Shown piece after piece: positions 13,111 to 27,180 of a DNA stretch of 64,000 nt. How positions within the stretch are numbered: position 1 is the first letter of the stretch; each line of letters starts with the position of its first letter. Location of the stretch: the NCBI GenBank assembly GCA_051362555.1, contig CM120649.1, positions 186,001 to 250,000 on the forward strand, written 5' to 3'. A program made the position numbers and the translations under genes. The stretch is from Lingula anatina. Its lineage: Eukaryota > Animalia > Brachiopoda. The notes below the pieces were generated by a model. That model worked only from the letters and a program-made list of their open reading frames with translations. It ran no database searches and was not told the DNA's origin.

Positions 13111-16100
13111 GTATAGCCATCATAATTGATTAAAATGTATATTTGTCAAGTTGTGCAGAGACTAAGTGTTTAAAATGTTGTTAATTAGTACATCCAAGAA
13201 GTTGTAGAGAGAACCTCTTGGTACATCCCAGCCTCATTTAATACATACATTTCAACTTTCAACCATCACAAGTTGTTGTCCAAACTGACTTTTACCCAGC
13301 AATAACCTTCACCTTTATATTTAATTAACTCCAGTAATATGGGCATGTTATGATTATTGATGATTTCCACTATTTCCATCTACTCTCAAGTAGATAAACA
13401 TATCAATGTTAAAACACTCTACTGCCATTTATCACAAGTTGACATCCAAACAGTGTCCTTGACCTTGTAATGATCTTATTCTGTATGTTTCATCATTGAT
13501 ATTTTCTCAGACTGTTAGTTTTCCTTGTTTCCAGACTTATGTTGTATCATACACACAACCTGTACAAGTCTTGGAGTTACTACCTGGACCCCCCACAGCT
13601 ACCCCCCGAGGAGTTGGAGCCACCACCAGAAAAACAGGTAGGAAGGGGCAAATAAATATTATTATTATTATTATTAAAACTTTTGCAGGATTGTACTTCT
13701 GTGTTTCATGTACTGGTCTGGTTTTCAGTTTAAAAATATATAATATGGGATTTTGAAAAATGTGGGAATATTTTTTCGAGGAAATATTAAATATCACTGA
13801 TGATATTCTTTTTCAGTTTCATTATTTATTTATGAAATATTTATTTACTTTTTCCAAAAATGCCTCTCATCATACATGTATAAAGATTTGATTTAAAATA
13901 TAAAGCTCAGTTACAAGCCAAGGGTTATTATATTTACACAGCTATTATTAATGGTGCTCATTGTTTTCTTCCAAGCCTGAAGAAAAACCTGTGGAAAAAC
14001 CACCAGAGGAGGAGCCCAAGACGAAGACAACCAAACCACGGCGCCAGCGCCGCGCCTCACGGGTACCTTCGCAAACACCCTATGTGACAGTAAGTTGGTA
14101 CAGAAGGGAAACGTTTCCAGTCCATGACCTTGACCCAGCTGTGACCTTCACCTTGTTATCACATTTAAAAGCAAACTTTACCATTTATACACATTATTAT
14201 AACGATAAGTCTTATATTTTAGGCCAGGTCTAGTGGGAGTAATAGCTGATTTTTTCAAATAGTGACTTTTGAGTTTGACCCACAAATTTGACCACAATCT
14301 TATCACCATCATATTGCAGTCCATGTCTCTCTGATAACCCAGCTCCTTATTCATCCTAGTTCTTGTATATATATTTGCTTCAGAAATGAAAAATTCTGAA
14401 TTACAATCAGATTGGGACAAAATTCAAAACGTATTTTAAAAAGAACCCTGTTGACTGGTAGACTAAGTATGTGCTGTTATAAGTCTGTTTCAGTGTCCCA
14501 TCTTTTGATTTTACTGAAATCTTATAGATAAAAATGATCAACTTTGAATACCCTTCAATGTAAGCCCTTGTATATGATTCTAAACTGTTATTTAATATGT
14601 TGTTTGGTAAAAATGATGTAGCTTGTTAACCTAGCAGCTGTAGAATAGGACATTAGAATATGTCCTGCTAGGTTAGATGTACACCTCTAGAGTATTTGCT
14701 GCTTTATCAATTTCACACATTGCAAGTGGTGGCTATTTGCACCCAATGCTTTTTATCATACATGCCACTGTACAGTAACATCTGTGCAGAACCCAATAGG
14801 AGTGGTACATTTGATTTGTTGATCAACTTTCCAAATACATTATGTGGTGTAAATTAATGTCCCCATCTTCTGTGTTCAATGTGGAAAAGATAAATATTGG
14901 TTAAAAAAATATTTCACACTTATGAGATGTGAGATTTTGGCCCTTTATCAAATTGACACATTAGTATTGTGACCAATGTCCTTTGAAAAAGGGTTGAAAT
15001 GTCCCACTTCAGTCAGTTACACTGGTCTTCATGTTGGTTTTCATGTTGCCATTGAAGTTTGGGGTTAGGTGTTTGTGTCACGGTGGTATTGAATTTTGTA
15101 CAGCACTGTTCTATCTGCTGTGCTTAATATTGCACCCTAATTAAAGGTAGATGTGTGGAAAGTAAGTGTGTTGCTGTACACCTACATCAATTCGTTTTAC
15201 ACAAATCTGTCCAAATTTGGCACTGACTTACCTCCCTCCCCCCATTTTCCCAACACCCAGACCTACAAACATGATCATGGTGTCTCTCTCTCTCTCTCTC
15301 TCGCTCTCTCTCTCACACACACACACATATAGCAGTTACACTAATAGAAGCACTACCAGCAGTCCCTTGGTGAGAGATTATCACTCTTGCATTTTATATT
15401 TTAGAAATTCTCCCATTGTTAATGTTCAAAAACCTATCAGCATCAAGGTCAATTTACAATAGAAACATTAGTCTTGTTGCTCCTTAGGTTGAAGTAAGTT
15501 GTAGGCACTACTGTTTTATAGTAATTACTATCAGGTTAAAAGTCAGACATTGAAAATGATTCCATAAACCCACCCTGTAAGAGAGAAGTCCCCACCACTC
15601 CCCGGGGACCCTAACATCAGTGAAATGAAGACTATCTGAGAGAAGCACATTCCTGGTCTGCCTTTATGTAGCTAGAGTCACAACTAACCTACACCATGAT
15701 ATGGAATTAACTAACATCTGTTATCTGTTATTGACATAGATTTGGACCAGCCTTAGTTTCACTGTATTTACTACATGATATATATTTATACATATATTAT
15801 AGTACTTAGTATTCACATAGTATCCCTGCCGATTTGAATAGTTAGAACCCTTTTGTGTTATATTTATTTATTCATTATTTGTCCTTAGTAGATGGAAATG
15901 TTTCCCTATCTGTATGTTGAGAGTACAACTTAGCTGTCAGTAGGTCTATGTATTGGCTTTGCAGTGGTGAAGGGGGGAGAAATTGTGCTTGGTTGAGCTG
16001 TGTTGTCACAACTAACGCAATGCAATAGCTAGTGCCTAGTGTAGAGTGCTTTCCTATAGCTGCATTCACATCAAGGCTGTTTTAGCCCCAAAACAAATGT

Positions 16101-19100
16101 CGAGTCATACAGACATAATCTGGTCATAGTATATTTAAGGACTATTTCGATCTGAACTCAGCCTAGTGTGAATGCAGCTTTTGGTACATAGTTGTAGAAG
16201 TGGTTTTACTTGATGTTGCTTGGCTATGAATGCTGTGCTGCCTTAGTGTGAATTTATCACACACCTAACTCATTACTGGGATCTCACAGTTAATGCATTT
16301 GTTTTCAAACCTGGAGTGGAATTCATGCAGCAAATTTCATGTCTAATTTGCTGATGGTATAATTACTGATAGCCATTGCTTTTCATCTATCTCGGTATCA
16401 AGCCCTTCTAATAAAAACAATGTATCAGACTGCAGTTTACTCTGTCTCCTTAATCTCTGTGTTGATGAAGTTGAATTTTTATCATCTGCTTTGCTGATTC
16501 ATGCGAAATGGTTGAAATTTTTTCTTGGTTTTGAGAACTTTTTTTTATTCCTGCATCTTTAAGTCTTCTCTAACATTTCAGTTACTGTTCTTCATGTGTT
16601 TTAGATCTATTTTTCCTTATTCCAAAGTTTTCAGCAAAATGTTTATCATATTTATCAAGAGAATAAATTTTTCCTTTCTGAAATAAACAAACTTCTGTGG
16701 AATTACCCCTGCCTTGTTAAAAATATTATCAATGTCAGTGAGATTGTATCTTAGATAACACAATAGTATATCAGTTATTAATTTTTTATAATTTTCATGT
16801 AATGATTGGATATAATTTGATGATAATGATGTTAGGATATGATCGGCTTGGCTCTTTGGTGGTTTGAGTAGTTTCTGCTATATCTGCAGCTGCTTGTTTT
16901 ATGAATGAGGATTTCTTATGTCATGCCAATTTGGAATTTTGGTTAACTGTATTATTTCTTATAGCATGTAAAATATAAAACAAGTTTTGTCTTTATTGTT
17001 TAAATAATATTGAATATAATATAATATAATATTGAATATAATATTGTTTAAATAATATAAAATCTGGCACCAGGCACTTTGTCAAGGTGTTTGAGGATAT
17101 CCTGTGTTGGTAATATATTCTGTAGTAAAGTAAAATCTGACTTATTTTAAATCTATAATTTGAAATGTAGTTAGACTGTAGATGGATTTTGTAGTTTGTA
17201 ATGTGATGTGTGTATTATTCATTAGAATATAATTCATTAGAAGTGTGCATGATAAATTAATGTCCACTATTAACCATCTTCCTTTGCAGTAGTTTTATAA
17301 TTTAGGTCTCAAACAGTAGAGTAATTTGTAATACCATATAACTTAGCTGACCAGTAATGATCACATACTCTCACTTGATTTAATTTTCATATTTTTTGCT
17401 CTTATTTCCAGAGTCCAGTTCGTACAGGCTACAGTGGTTATAGTTCAGAGAGCTATCCAGGCGGGCCGCCACCAAGTTGGTCACTTCAGCAGCATCCGCC
17501 ATATTACTCTCCTCAGCAACTTCCTCCAGGTAAGTCTGGATCACTTTTTTCTTTTTTTAGGGGAGGATGGCATATATGTATTTGCCATTTGGGTATATCA
17601 AATGAGTCTTGTAAGTTATACAGCATTTGAACAAAGACATATTTCTGGTTTTTCGTGGTATGAAGAAATCATTTGTGAATTTTGGGAAAGAAGAAAGGAT
17701 TCTGATGAAAAATCAGAAAAGTGCCAGATTTTAGTGATGATTTAGGTAAACAATTAATGATAAGAAATACACAAAATATTTGGCAATTGTATAAATAATT
17801 TATGAAAATGCAGCATTTAATTACACATAAAAAGTTATGACAGGATTTTGATGAAATTTAAGGACAGTTCAGAAATAGACCGGAGTTTGGTGTTATTATT
17901 TTAAAGGAATAATGAAAACTTAATTCATTGGAAATTTCATAGAAAATGTATGGTGATGAGATTTCAGCTCATGATGTAGTAAATTATTTCAAATGAATAA
18001 TTCATTTATATATATCATTGAGAATTTTGCTTTGTTCAAGTGCTTCTCTAGTCCTATTTGTTTTAGTAAAGACAAACATAATGTCAGAAAATTTTTAATT
18101 ATCAATATTTTTATCATATAATAACATCAAAATAATTGACTTATATCTGTCATTATCCTCTTAATTCAAAAATACTATTGTGGTGATGTGAGAATTTATG
18201 CAGGTCTCTATTTGTGGAAAAAATTTCAGTTCTTCTGACCACCTGAACCGACATTCACATGACTTCCAATATGAAAAGAAAAAGTTCATTAGTATGATCT
18301 TAAAAACCTATTATAAATTTTTATAACCTGCAAATTAAGTAGGTAAATAAAACATAAACTGTCTAAATGGCATCATCCGATCACTCAAAATATGAAACTC
18401 CACATTAATTACATAGAAAAAAAAATCAGTTCCATTATACTAACAATATGTGTAAACACGGATATTCCAAATGACGTACTTGTCATTGAATCATGCATAC
18501 GTACATAGATGGCTACACATTCGAAATAATCTCTTAAGAGATTATTACAAAAAACACTTACAAAATACAATTAATTAACCTTGAATGTCAGAGCAGATAC
18601 AACCACCATTGATTAGTGTAGGAAGATTTTTGTTTATCCCAGGAAAAAACTATTTTATGACACTTATCCTGCCAAAATGAAGAGTTGATATCCCTTTAGA
18701 TGTTTTCATTTTGTATGCAAAAGATACCAAGTATGAGTGAATGAGTGAGCATAAAATTTGCCTTAGTTTAGTTTTTTTTTTTTTTTTTAGTTTTTTGGCC
18801 AAAAAATGAATTTTCCTGGAGTAAACAATAATTTTCCCATACTTACCAATGGTTAATGAATCCATTTTTACATTCAAAGTTAGTCCCTGTTTTTTTTTCT
18901 AAAAAATTTGGTTTTTTGTTAAAATCTCTTAAGAGATTGTAACAGAGTATAGCCATCAATGGAGGTCACGTGGTCTAAAGACAAGCTCAGATATCAGAAT
19001 AATAGCCATAACTGCCATTTTTGTGGTAAAACAGAATATATTATATTTCTATGAGTTGTTCACAATGTTTTTATTATGAAATATAGATCTCATAGGAAGA

Positions 19101-22100
19101 GTTATTATCCCTTTAATATCTGCTTTTGGTGATGTAGGGTTGTTAGTAACATTATGGAAATAATTGTGAGAAGATTGAGGTGAACTTTTGGCAACTGTTA
19201 GGAGGTGCCAAATTTCAAACAGTTAGATCTTGGTGGTGTTCTGTTACTTTATCAATTAGTAATTGATATTAATTAGTCATTAATTCATCAGCTAATAATG
19301 TTTGTCTTTTTGGTGCAACATTTAATTTAATGTAAAAAGAGATGGAGGGATTTTGATGAAGTTTTCAGGACCGTTCTGAAATGGGCCAGCATTTGGTGAT
19401 TAATTTATACTTCAATTAATTAAGTAATAATGAAAACTAAACTAATAAATTAGTCATTTTATGAATAATTAATGCTACTGAAATATCAGCTAATCAATTA
19501 GCAAATAAATCAGTTATTCATTTCTATATATAACAATGTATATCATGATGTTCTTGATGGTGATGATGAACCGTGGGAATTAAGCTGCCTCCATGTACTT
19601 TTCTGGTCTTATTTTAATCTGAACTAATATCATGTCAGAAATATATAATTTATTACTCAATCAAATCAAAATAATTGGCTAATATCTATGCGTTTCCTCT
19701 TAATCCAAAAATTACTTGACTTTAATGTTAGAATTTATGCAGGTCTCAATCTGTTGGAAAAATTCCAGTTCTTCTGACCACTTGAACTAACATTTTAAAG
19801 AATAAAGTAGTTAAAAAGAACAATTAAAGTGGCGTTGATTCCGGTTTATTTCGGTTATTAATTTTTATAACCTACTTTGACAGCAGATAATAAAAGCCAA
19901 AGACTCAAGTGAAATGTTTTATATAGAAAAGAAAGTTTGTGTGAGAAGGTTAATTGCCTTTTTCTTACCTCTGAGAAAGAGGATATTTTTTGGTATTTTG
20001 GTTTGTTATCAACATTATAGAGGAAGTTGTGGAAAGTTTCTGACAAACTTTCAGAAACTGTCAGAATTGTTAGAATTTGTTGGTGATCCAATAATTTATT
20101 AAGGTGCCCCAAGTACTTTTTAAGTCTGATTTTGAACTTAGGCTAGTCTAGTATAATACCATGGTTTTCAAATTATTTATACTTTTCTGTAAGAATCACA
20201 TCAAAAATTAAATAATTGCCTAATATCTTTTCATTTCCCCTTATTATAAAAAAAGACTAGAATTTATGCAGGCCTCTGTTTGTTGAAATATTCCAGTCTT
20301 ATTGCCCATGATAACCTTCATTTTTTGATAAAAAGTGAACCATTGTGTTACTTTTTGTTAATTTTCTTTAATATCCCCCCCCCCCAATACACGCACATCC
20401 ACAAACACACAAAGAAAGTACATAATTTATACTATCCAGTTTGAATGAACTCTAGCTTAGAAGTTGTTATTCCAGGTGGGCCGAGGTTTCCCAATTCCCA
20501 GTCAAAGGCCGCCTTGAGCCAGATGCTTCGCCAGCGAATGCCGTCGTCGCACTCCTATCCACCGTTAAACTCTCAGGCAGCCATGCAGAATCTCCAGATG
20601 TTGCAAAAACAGCGCCAGCAACAGATGATTCGGATGCAGCTGCGCGCCCAACATGGCCGTAATATGCAGAATAACATGGAGAGAATGTACTCCAATCCCA
20701 ACATGCAACAGCAGCAGCCGCAGTTGTCGGTGTCAGGGCAGCAACCATTGCACCATCTGCCGCAGCAAGGTAACAACTATTGATGGTGTGACACAGGGAA
20801 ATAGCACTGATGTTAATATTAAGTCACACCTTTGATTCCTGGACACGGTCTCATTTTTCTTCTTCTTCTTAATCTTTTTCTTTAATCTTTTCTTAATTAT
20901 ATACAGATAAAGAACTTTGGGTTTTTATTTTAAAATATGGGTGTTGTATTTATGACCTGGATCCCTCATATAGCATGCCTTACATAGGCACAGACATTTT
21001 TCAATTTTTATTCTATCGATCTACTCTCTTCTAAGAATATTTAAATATGTGCAATATTTGAAACTTTGAATTGCAACTTATCTATCCACAATAAACCTTA
21101 TTTTCAGGATTATCCCAGAATTACAACAACTATGGTATGCAGTCCCAGCAAACCCAAATGATGGAGCCAGCTCTGCCACCTGGTGGACAAGTCCACAACA
21201 CACCAACGCCCTCTACAATGATGTCACCCAACTTCAACCAATCATATAACAGTATGCAGGATCAGGGCATGATGAATCAGCCAATGAGATCGCAGTCGTC
21301 TGCTGGGTATATGTCAATGGCAGCTCAGGGTCCACCTCCACAGCAGAATATGTATGGCCAACCTAACAGGTACAGTAACGGCTTATTAGGATGTTTGTCT
21401 TCATTTGAAGATGTTACTTTCTTTTGGCAAATTCCTAAGAAAGAAGTTGGGATAATCTCTGTGTGCAGGCAATAATAGAAGCATTGCTAAACATTAAAGA
21501 TTTAGAACAGCTTTTCTGTTTTATGGTTTTCAAATAACTTAACTTTTATATTTGGTCAAAGGAATTGTTTGGAAAATGTATAACTAGTAATATTCAGTAA
21601 ATTTCAACATCATGAATTAATAAATATTCCCCAGAAATGTTTTGTATGCAATCCAAAAAATGCTGATTCAATAGTTTTGGAAAGTTACTTGGCTACATAT
21701 TAGAAAGTGGATTGTTAGGCAGTATTGAAAATGTCTGAGTATGATTACTTTTAAAAAAAAGTAAAATAAAGTGAGGTATGGGAAAAATGTAATTACTGCA
21801 CATAAGCTGATCTCCTGTTTTTTTACTTGTCTCTGTGTGATATTCCAGAATGGGTCCAGGCATGGTCAACCAGGGGGGTCTCCAGGGTCCGGGCGGCCCA
21901 GGAGGAATGTCAGGAGGACCAGGGGGGATCTCCAACCAAGGGACCCCAATGAATGCCCCAGGGGGTATCCAAAACCCTGGGGGTCCTGCTCCCATGGCAG
22001 GGTACAATCAGATGGGACCGTCGCAACCGTCCCAGTCTTCTTATATGCAGAATTTACCTACACCCCAACATCAGCAACGATTACAGCAGTTACGACAGCA

Positions 22101-22272
22101 GCAGCAACTGCTGGCAATGAGACAACAGCAACAGCAGCAACAACAAACACAGCAACAGCAACAGACAGCACAGTTGGTGGCACAGTTACAGCGACAATTG
22201 ACGCAACAACAGCAGCAGAATCAGCAGCAACCACAGTACAACTCTTACCAACAACCTCCTCCGCAGTATTGA
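2919..22272 (+). CDS. MED12: Mediator of RNA polymerase II transcription subunit 12 (MED12/MED12L/kohtalo), 3' portion; 5' exons lie outside the window
   Basis: Phase-consistent GT-AG exons: 2919-2990, 3314-3432, 3857-4024, 4316-4448, 4906-4974, 5276-5385, 12058-12181, 12497-12658, 12868-13007, 13535-13637, 13976-14089, 17412-17529, 20476-20769, 21108-21369, 21849-22272 (TGA). The spliced peptide contains recognisable MED12 segments ([114 protein letters not shown]) followed by a P/Q/G-rich, poly-Q tail. Confidence 0.95.
4971..5180 (+). repeat. 70-bp x3 tandem repeat starting at a MED12 splice donor
   Basis: Units at 4971, 5041 and 5111, each beginning CTTG|GT(G/A)AGT. Confidence 0.92.
5347..5437 (+). 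repeat. Perfect 44-bp x2 duplication of a MED12 exon end plus donor
   Basis: ACTGGTGTGTAATGGAGTCATAGATACCCAGAATAACAG|GTAAA at 5347 and 5391. Confidence 0.92.
5752..7180 (+). mobile_element. Helentron-associated (HINE/DINE-1-like) non-autonomous element, 3'-truncated
   Basis: T-run, 5' hairpin ATGTACAGACACAGATGTGTCTGTACAT, (GTC/GCC)n microsatellite, 161-bp internal tandem units (5856, 6017, 6178...). Confidence 0.75.
7181..8379 (+). mobile_element. HINE-like element, complete
   Basis: Same 5' hairpin and ~160-bp units; 3' sub-terminal inverted repeat GTCTGTACAT (8347-8356), short palindrome CAGCTTTGCTG and a T-run. Confidence 0.78.
8434..11985 (+). mobile_element. HINE-like element, long version with ~160-bp and ~337-bp internal tandem repeats
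   Basis: Same 5' and 3' ends; ~337-bp units start near 9410, 9748, 10085 and 10413; the 3' 500 bp match 7870-8379. Confidence 0.75.
11199..11422 (+). mobile_element. Short HINE-like element of a second family, nested in the long element
   Basis: TTACCTC..GCCTAGGAGGTTATATTTTCACCCCTGTTTGTCTGTC at the 5' end and CCTTGGTAGAGGTCTGCACTCTCAGTGGTTTTCTAGTT at the 3' end: sub-terminal inverted repeat plus 3' hairpin. Confidence 0.65.
13056..13104. repeat. (CT)n microsatellite
   Basis: Direct. Other simple repeats: (GT)n ~3499-3532, (GA)n ~32722-32748, (CT)n ~61187-61234, (ATT)n ~62553-62583. Confidence 0.95.
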
Positions 22273-23269
22273 ATGTGACTGAGGGAGAAACATGGGAAAA
22301 TAAAACTATATGGTATAGCTTGTAGATGGTCTTGCTTTGGAGATGACTTGCGGAGGAATGGGAAGTTTTCTCGTTTTGGAGAATTCTGTCCTTGTAATAT
22401 GTAATTGAGGTGCAGTAAATAGTGGCTGTTATATCGATTTTTGGCAGTAAATTTAGTTTTCTTTCTTTTCCTTTGGCATTGTAAGAGGAGGGACAAAGAT
22501 ATAGATTCAGAGCCATACATTTATGTTTGGGAATGATAAAATGATAATAGACTGATAAATGCACAGAAACAAGGTGACACATGTATGTTTATCTGTACTG
22601 TAGTATTTCAGGATTTAGTTCTGATTAATTTGGGCAGTGTCCAGATGCTGCTTATCTGCAGTTGATGTCACTTCAATGTGGCATTTTACAAAAGGTCTGC
22701 ACATTTTACAGAGGTTAGATATACCAGTATTTGTCAGCAGAGAGAGAGAGAGAGAGATAGAGAAATTTATTCAATAGATGGGACACCTATAGTTAACGTA
22801 ACCTTAATGTTTGAACATTTTTTGAGAGAAAAGCTCAGAAAATTTAGTTTAATGTTGAAGTAAAATGCAAATTAAGATAGCCAAAGACGTCATGTTGGGA
22901 AATATATCCCGTTTACAAGTCCTTTACTGTGTATTTACCAGCCTCCCTCGCTGTAACCATATATGTGTTTTATTCATTCTGTAATCCTTCTGCGCCTTCT
23001 GTATCCCCCTTCCCATCCCGAGCAAACGATGTCACCAAACCAAGATATTTTTATTGGAGAATTCTTTAAGGAGGGTGGCAGCGTTTATGTTCATAAGACC
23101 TCATTGTCCCTGAAGTATTACATATGAATAGAGCGTCAAGGTGGGTGGATTGATCAAGGTGATAAAAATGTTATAAAGATATTGATATTATTTGTATAAA
23201 GTCGTCATCATATATATATTAATTAATCTATATAAGAATGATGTAAATGTAGAATGTATGTGGTATCAT

Positions 23270-23275
23270 AATAAA
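23270..23275 (+). promoter_or_regulatory. Candidate MED12 polyadenylation signal AATAAA
   Basis: AATAAA ~1 kb after the stop with a GT-rich stretch downstream; copied at 28029-28034 and 33281-33286. A proximal AATAAA at 22299-22304 is an alternative. Confidence 0.5.
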
Positions 23276-24303
23276 TATATGTATGTCAACGAGGTTCTGT
23301 GGTACTTATACACTGACTAGAATTTAATGTGAGTCCCGGTTTTGATGAAAAGAAAATATCAACACCAAAAGACGTTGTACACAAGCATTTGAAAATGCCA
23401 ACCAAAGGTAATATATCCGAATGCATCTTGAAACTCGTATTTAAGCGACCTGGAATTGGGGTTCAAAACCGCCAGCTATTGACTTCAGGAATTGCCTTGC
23501 ACAGAGAGTCATACCGTAAGGAGTTTTGAGCCAAGGGGAAACGGAAGGCATTATAAATTATTAGTAGAAAAAACGTACTATTCATGTACACAATCACTTA
23601 ACATCATAAAGTGTAATTAAAAAATGAAAATTTATATAACCTGCAGTTGCTTTAATCCTTACAAATATTTTGAAAATAATTCAAAATTGCAGACAACAAA
23701 TGAAGAAAAAAAAACTCGCAGACAAGACAAAATCCTGTAAATAGTAGCCATGACACGATATTCAGCAGTGCATCCCGCGTCTGACTATTACAGGGATAAT
23801 GAATGAGTTATGTACGCGATATCAAGTAATCAAATTGTAATCAAAATTTTATTCGCTGAATTACTGTTTCAATCTTGTGGAAATTAATATTGTAAATTCA
23901 GAATGATGAAAACTACGCTTTAAAACCAAAGACCGTTTATTGAGGTTGGCATAAATGATAGTTTGACAGACAGGCGACAGTAAAAGAAGAGGCTATGATA
24001 GAAAGTCAGTTGGCGATGAAGAGTCCGTAACAGTCCATTATATCTGAAACAATCAAGCTCTTTATTTCAAAAAGTCGATTTTTTTGTCTGGATCTATTGT
24101 AAACAACGGCAGCAACACATCTGCTCACGGCTAACATTCTTTTTGATTATCAAAGTCATTGTCAGATAAGTCGAAATGAAGATGTGTGTTAATTAATAAT
24201 TCAATAACAGGAAATGTTGTTCACGTTCTATATGTAAACATGTATTATGTCTAAATGTCCACACATCGGGGAAACCCTATATGTTGCCAAAGGTAATGTA
24301 CAT

Positions 24304-25294
24304 CTATTTAGAACGACAGCAGCAATAGTTCGGTCCACAGGAGCCGTGATAACACGTCTGGTAGCGGTAAATCTTCAGCCCCAGTTTATTAGTGCCTGAT
24401 TGGATGTCAGATGGAAGAACAGGTCGATCTTGGTAGACATGAAGGGAGTTAAAGCATTCCAACCTATAGATTGAACCAACAGAACCAACAAACTGAGAAT
24501 TCTCCGAATAACAATAATTAAGGCTATGGGGTATTTAGCAACAACAGGACAAAAAACAAATGTGAGAAATAAATTATGTATCTTTAATGATCTTTAATGT
24601 CATAATCTTGTGAAGATAAGTACTTCATGACTTTACAAATTTGCCAAAAATAGGCTTTTATAACGTATCGATCTCCTTTAAATGGCCGGCCAAAGCTCGC
24701 CACCACAGTTGAAACTATATATATTTAATTAATTTTAATTAATATTAAAATATTTCTGATCAATGCAAATAGTAGGCCGTCAAAGTTTTTTTATATAAAA
24801 ACGTGCAAAAACAAACGCATAAACTGACCCTATGCTGCTAACTTGTGGATCCTGGGCTGCGAGACCCGGTGAAGAACAGATATTCTGGCAAGGGACGGTC
24901 CAACTATTACATGGTCTTCTCACTGCATACACCCAGCCTGCCCTAGTGTTCATAGCCGTGCAGGTGGCCTGCGCTATCTCATCGTAGTAGTTGTACGAGG
25001 GACCTGGAGATGAAAGGTTGAGATTTAAGCCCCGCCGAGGCAGAACTACATCAGATTGGCTTTGTATCAGCTTAATGCACCCAAAGTTCTAGCTGTCTCA
25101 CCAATATAATTATCCTACCTTTTCAGACTTTTAGAAAACTATAAAGGAAAAAAGGAAACATAAAAGGAAAAAGAGCAATCAAGAGTTAAAGAGAAAAAAA
25201 TTTGCGCACAAAGTGGTTTAACTTTACCTGCAGTGGCGAGTTTGCTGAACACAAGATCAGTAACAGTAATCAGCACAAGGAATCGTATCTCCAT
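24304..25294 (-). CDS. Uncharacterised secreted cysteine-rich protein, copy 1 (133 aa, C-terminal CGPNYCCC)
   Basis: Exons 25294-25228, 25003-24829, 24463-24304 with GT-AG introns (phases 1 and 2). MEIRFLVLITVTDLVFSKLATAGPSYNYYDEIAQATCTAMNTRAGWVYAVRRPCNSWTVPCQNICSSPGLAAQDPQVSSIGLECFNSLHVYQDRPVLPSDIQSGTNKLGLKIYRYQTCYHGSCGPNYCCCRSK*. Exon lengths 67/175/160 are identical in all three copies; minus-strand AATAAA at 24061-24066. Confidence 0.88.
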
Positions 25295-26990
25295 CGTAAA
25301 ATCGGAGTTGACTACAACTTTACCTCAGACTCGACGTTGCAGCTCCACAGTACGCTCCACTCTCCACGCAATGGTATTTAACACACAAGAGGAGTACACC
25401 TGTGAAATATGAATCGCGATGTAATTTACAGTATCGTCTCGTTTTGCGCCTCAATTAATGTAGTTACTTGTAAACATTATTTACGGTAGAGCAATTTTAA
25501 GTTATGCTATCTGAGGTGATATAAACAACCATAAACATTCAAAAATTTCGTTCTAAATTAATGCTTATGTTCACATAGCGTCCGTTAAAGATACTTTCTT
25601 GGGAATAAAATGGACAAAAACTATTATCCTCGGGAGAAAAACCAATTTCCTCCAACTCGCAATAGAATTATTACTGTCCCTATACTTGTATTCAATATTT
25701 TTTTCCATTTTTTACATTTGATATCTTAGTTGTATCAAACTGGTCGTTTGTTTACAACGGCATTTCATCCTGTCCTATTCCAGAAGTATTGTTAACACCA
25801 GGCACTCTTATTTATTTTTTAATAATAAGGTTCTAATTGGGAAATTTAAGTAGCTTTTAAAGATATGTACATTTAGAAATATGACTGGGAAATTTTCAAA
25901 CCCCTGTTTTTCATGGTTCCACAGAAAGACGCAAACTAAATATCTATCATTTGCGTTTAGTGCAGAAAAATTCAATAAAACGTCTCTGACTTTCAGACTA
26001 GCCCAACACACGAGATCGCATAAAAATGTGAAAAGATATCCCTCGTCGGCTTTGAAACCGAGGTAATTATAAAGTATTTGTCACGAACAGGATAGTCATG
26101 TGGTAATACAGTAGTTCGTGAGAGCAGTTCTGCTCTTGCGCTGAGCATTCTGTGTATTCTTTCGAACTTCACAACAAAATCAAGGCAAATTTTCATCAGT
26201 TGAAAGCTGACTCAAGCTCTCAGAACGCTCTCAAGCTCTCATAAATCAACTGTATTTCTTACACTGGTAAATTAGTTTTTCATACAAAGAGGACGCGATC
26301 CAGGATGTGACAGCAGCCGTTAACCTTGCCAAATGAGACGACTTAATCAGAGATGTAAGTTGTATTTGTTCATGTTTTGTGTGAAAAGTTGTCACGCACC
26401 TGTGCGCACACAAGTTTGCACTCCACGTGCTCAGATTTCAAATGGCAAGGATTTCTTCTTCTATTTCAATATATCACCTTTATTGCAAGATTAAAAACGT
26501 GAACTTTTTAAAATATTTTTTAAAAGACTCCTTTAAAATGAGTCCCTTTCTTCAATGAATCCAGCATTGGTCTGTATACAAAGTTAAACAGTTCTGAAAT
26601 TCAGATTATTTTACAGCTTTCGGCATATTTTTTATTTGGAGTAACTGTTGTTTTGACTGTGGATTAAATGTCAGCATTCTTATTAATATGGACGACAAGA
26701 CAGCTTGTAGATTTTCAACGCAGGACTACTCATTTCAATTTTAAATGAGTGACAGCGATGCTATGTTAGCTTTTTTGGATCTGGTAGAGAGTAAGGAATG
26801 ACTGTTAACCTTTTGCTTAAAGCCTTTTTACATACCAACAAGACAATTTTGAATGGTTTACAGTTGCCAGGTGATCATTTGTAAACAAAAGCCCATGGAA
26901 TTACAGGCGGGACAACATTTTGGCCAAGTGTGTGTGCGTTTATTCTTAGGCATCTGTGCTCCCCCTTTCCATCCACCCAGCCAGTGTCTT

Positions 26991-27180
26991 ATGATTGTGT
27001 TTGGTGTGATGGTTGGTTGTGGTGTTGATTGTGTTTGGTGTGATGGTTGGTTGTGTTGATTGTGTTTGGTGTGATGGTTGGTTGTGGTATTGATTGTGTT
27101 TGGTGTTGTGGTTGGTTGTGTTGATTGTGTTTGGTGTGATGGTTGGTTGTGGTGTTGATTGTGTTTGGTGTGGTGGTTGT
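26991..27180. repeat. GT-rich ~34-bp minisatellite, unit 1 (~5-6 copies)
   Basis: GATTGTGTTTGGTGTGATGGTTGGTTGTG(A/G)TGTT variants. Confidence 0.9.

Noticed and set aside
21771-22582. Thr/Ala-rich and Val/Ala-rich ORFs overlapping the last MED12 exon
   Set aside because: Shadow frames of the CAG/CAA-rich poly-Q exon.
25840-25900. NF-kB-like GGGAAATTT motifs upstream of cysteine-rich gene copy 1
   Set aside because: Imperfect match in AT-rich DNA and altered in the homologous region of copy 2.
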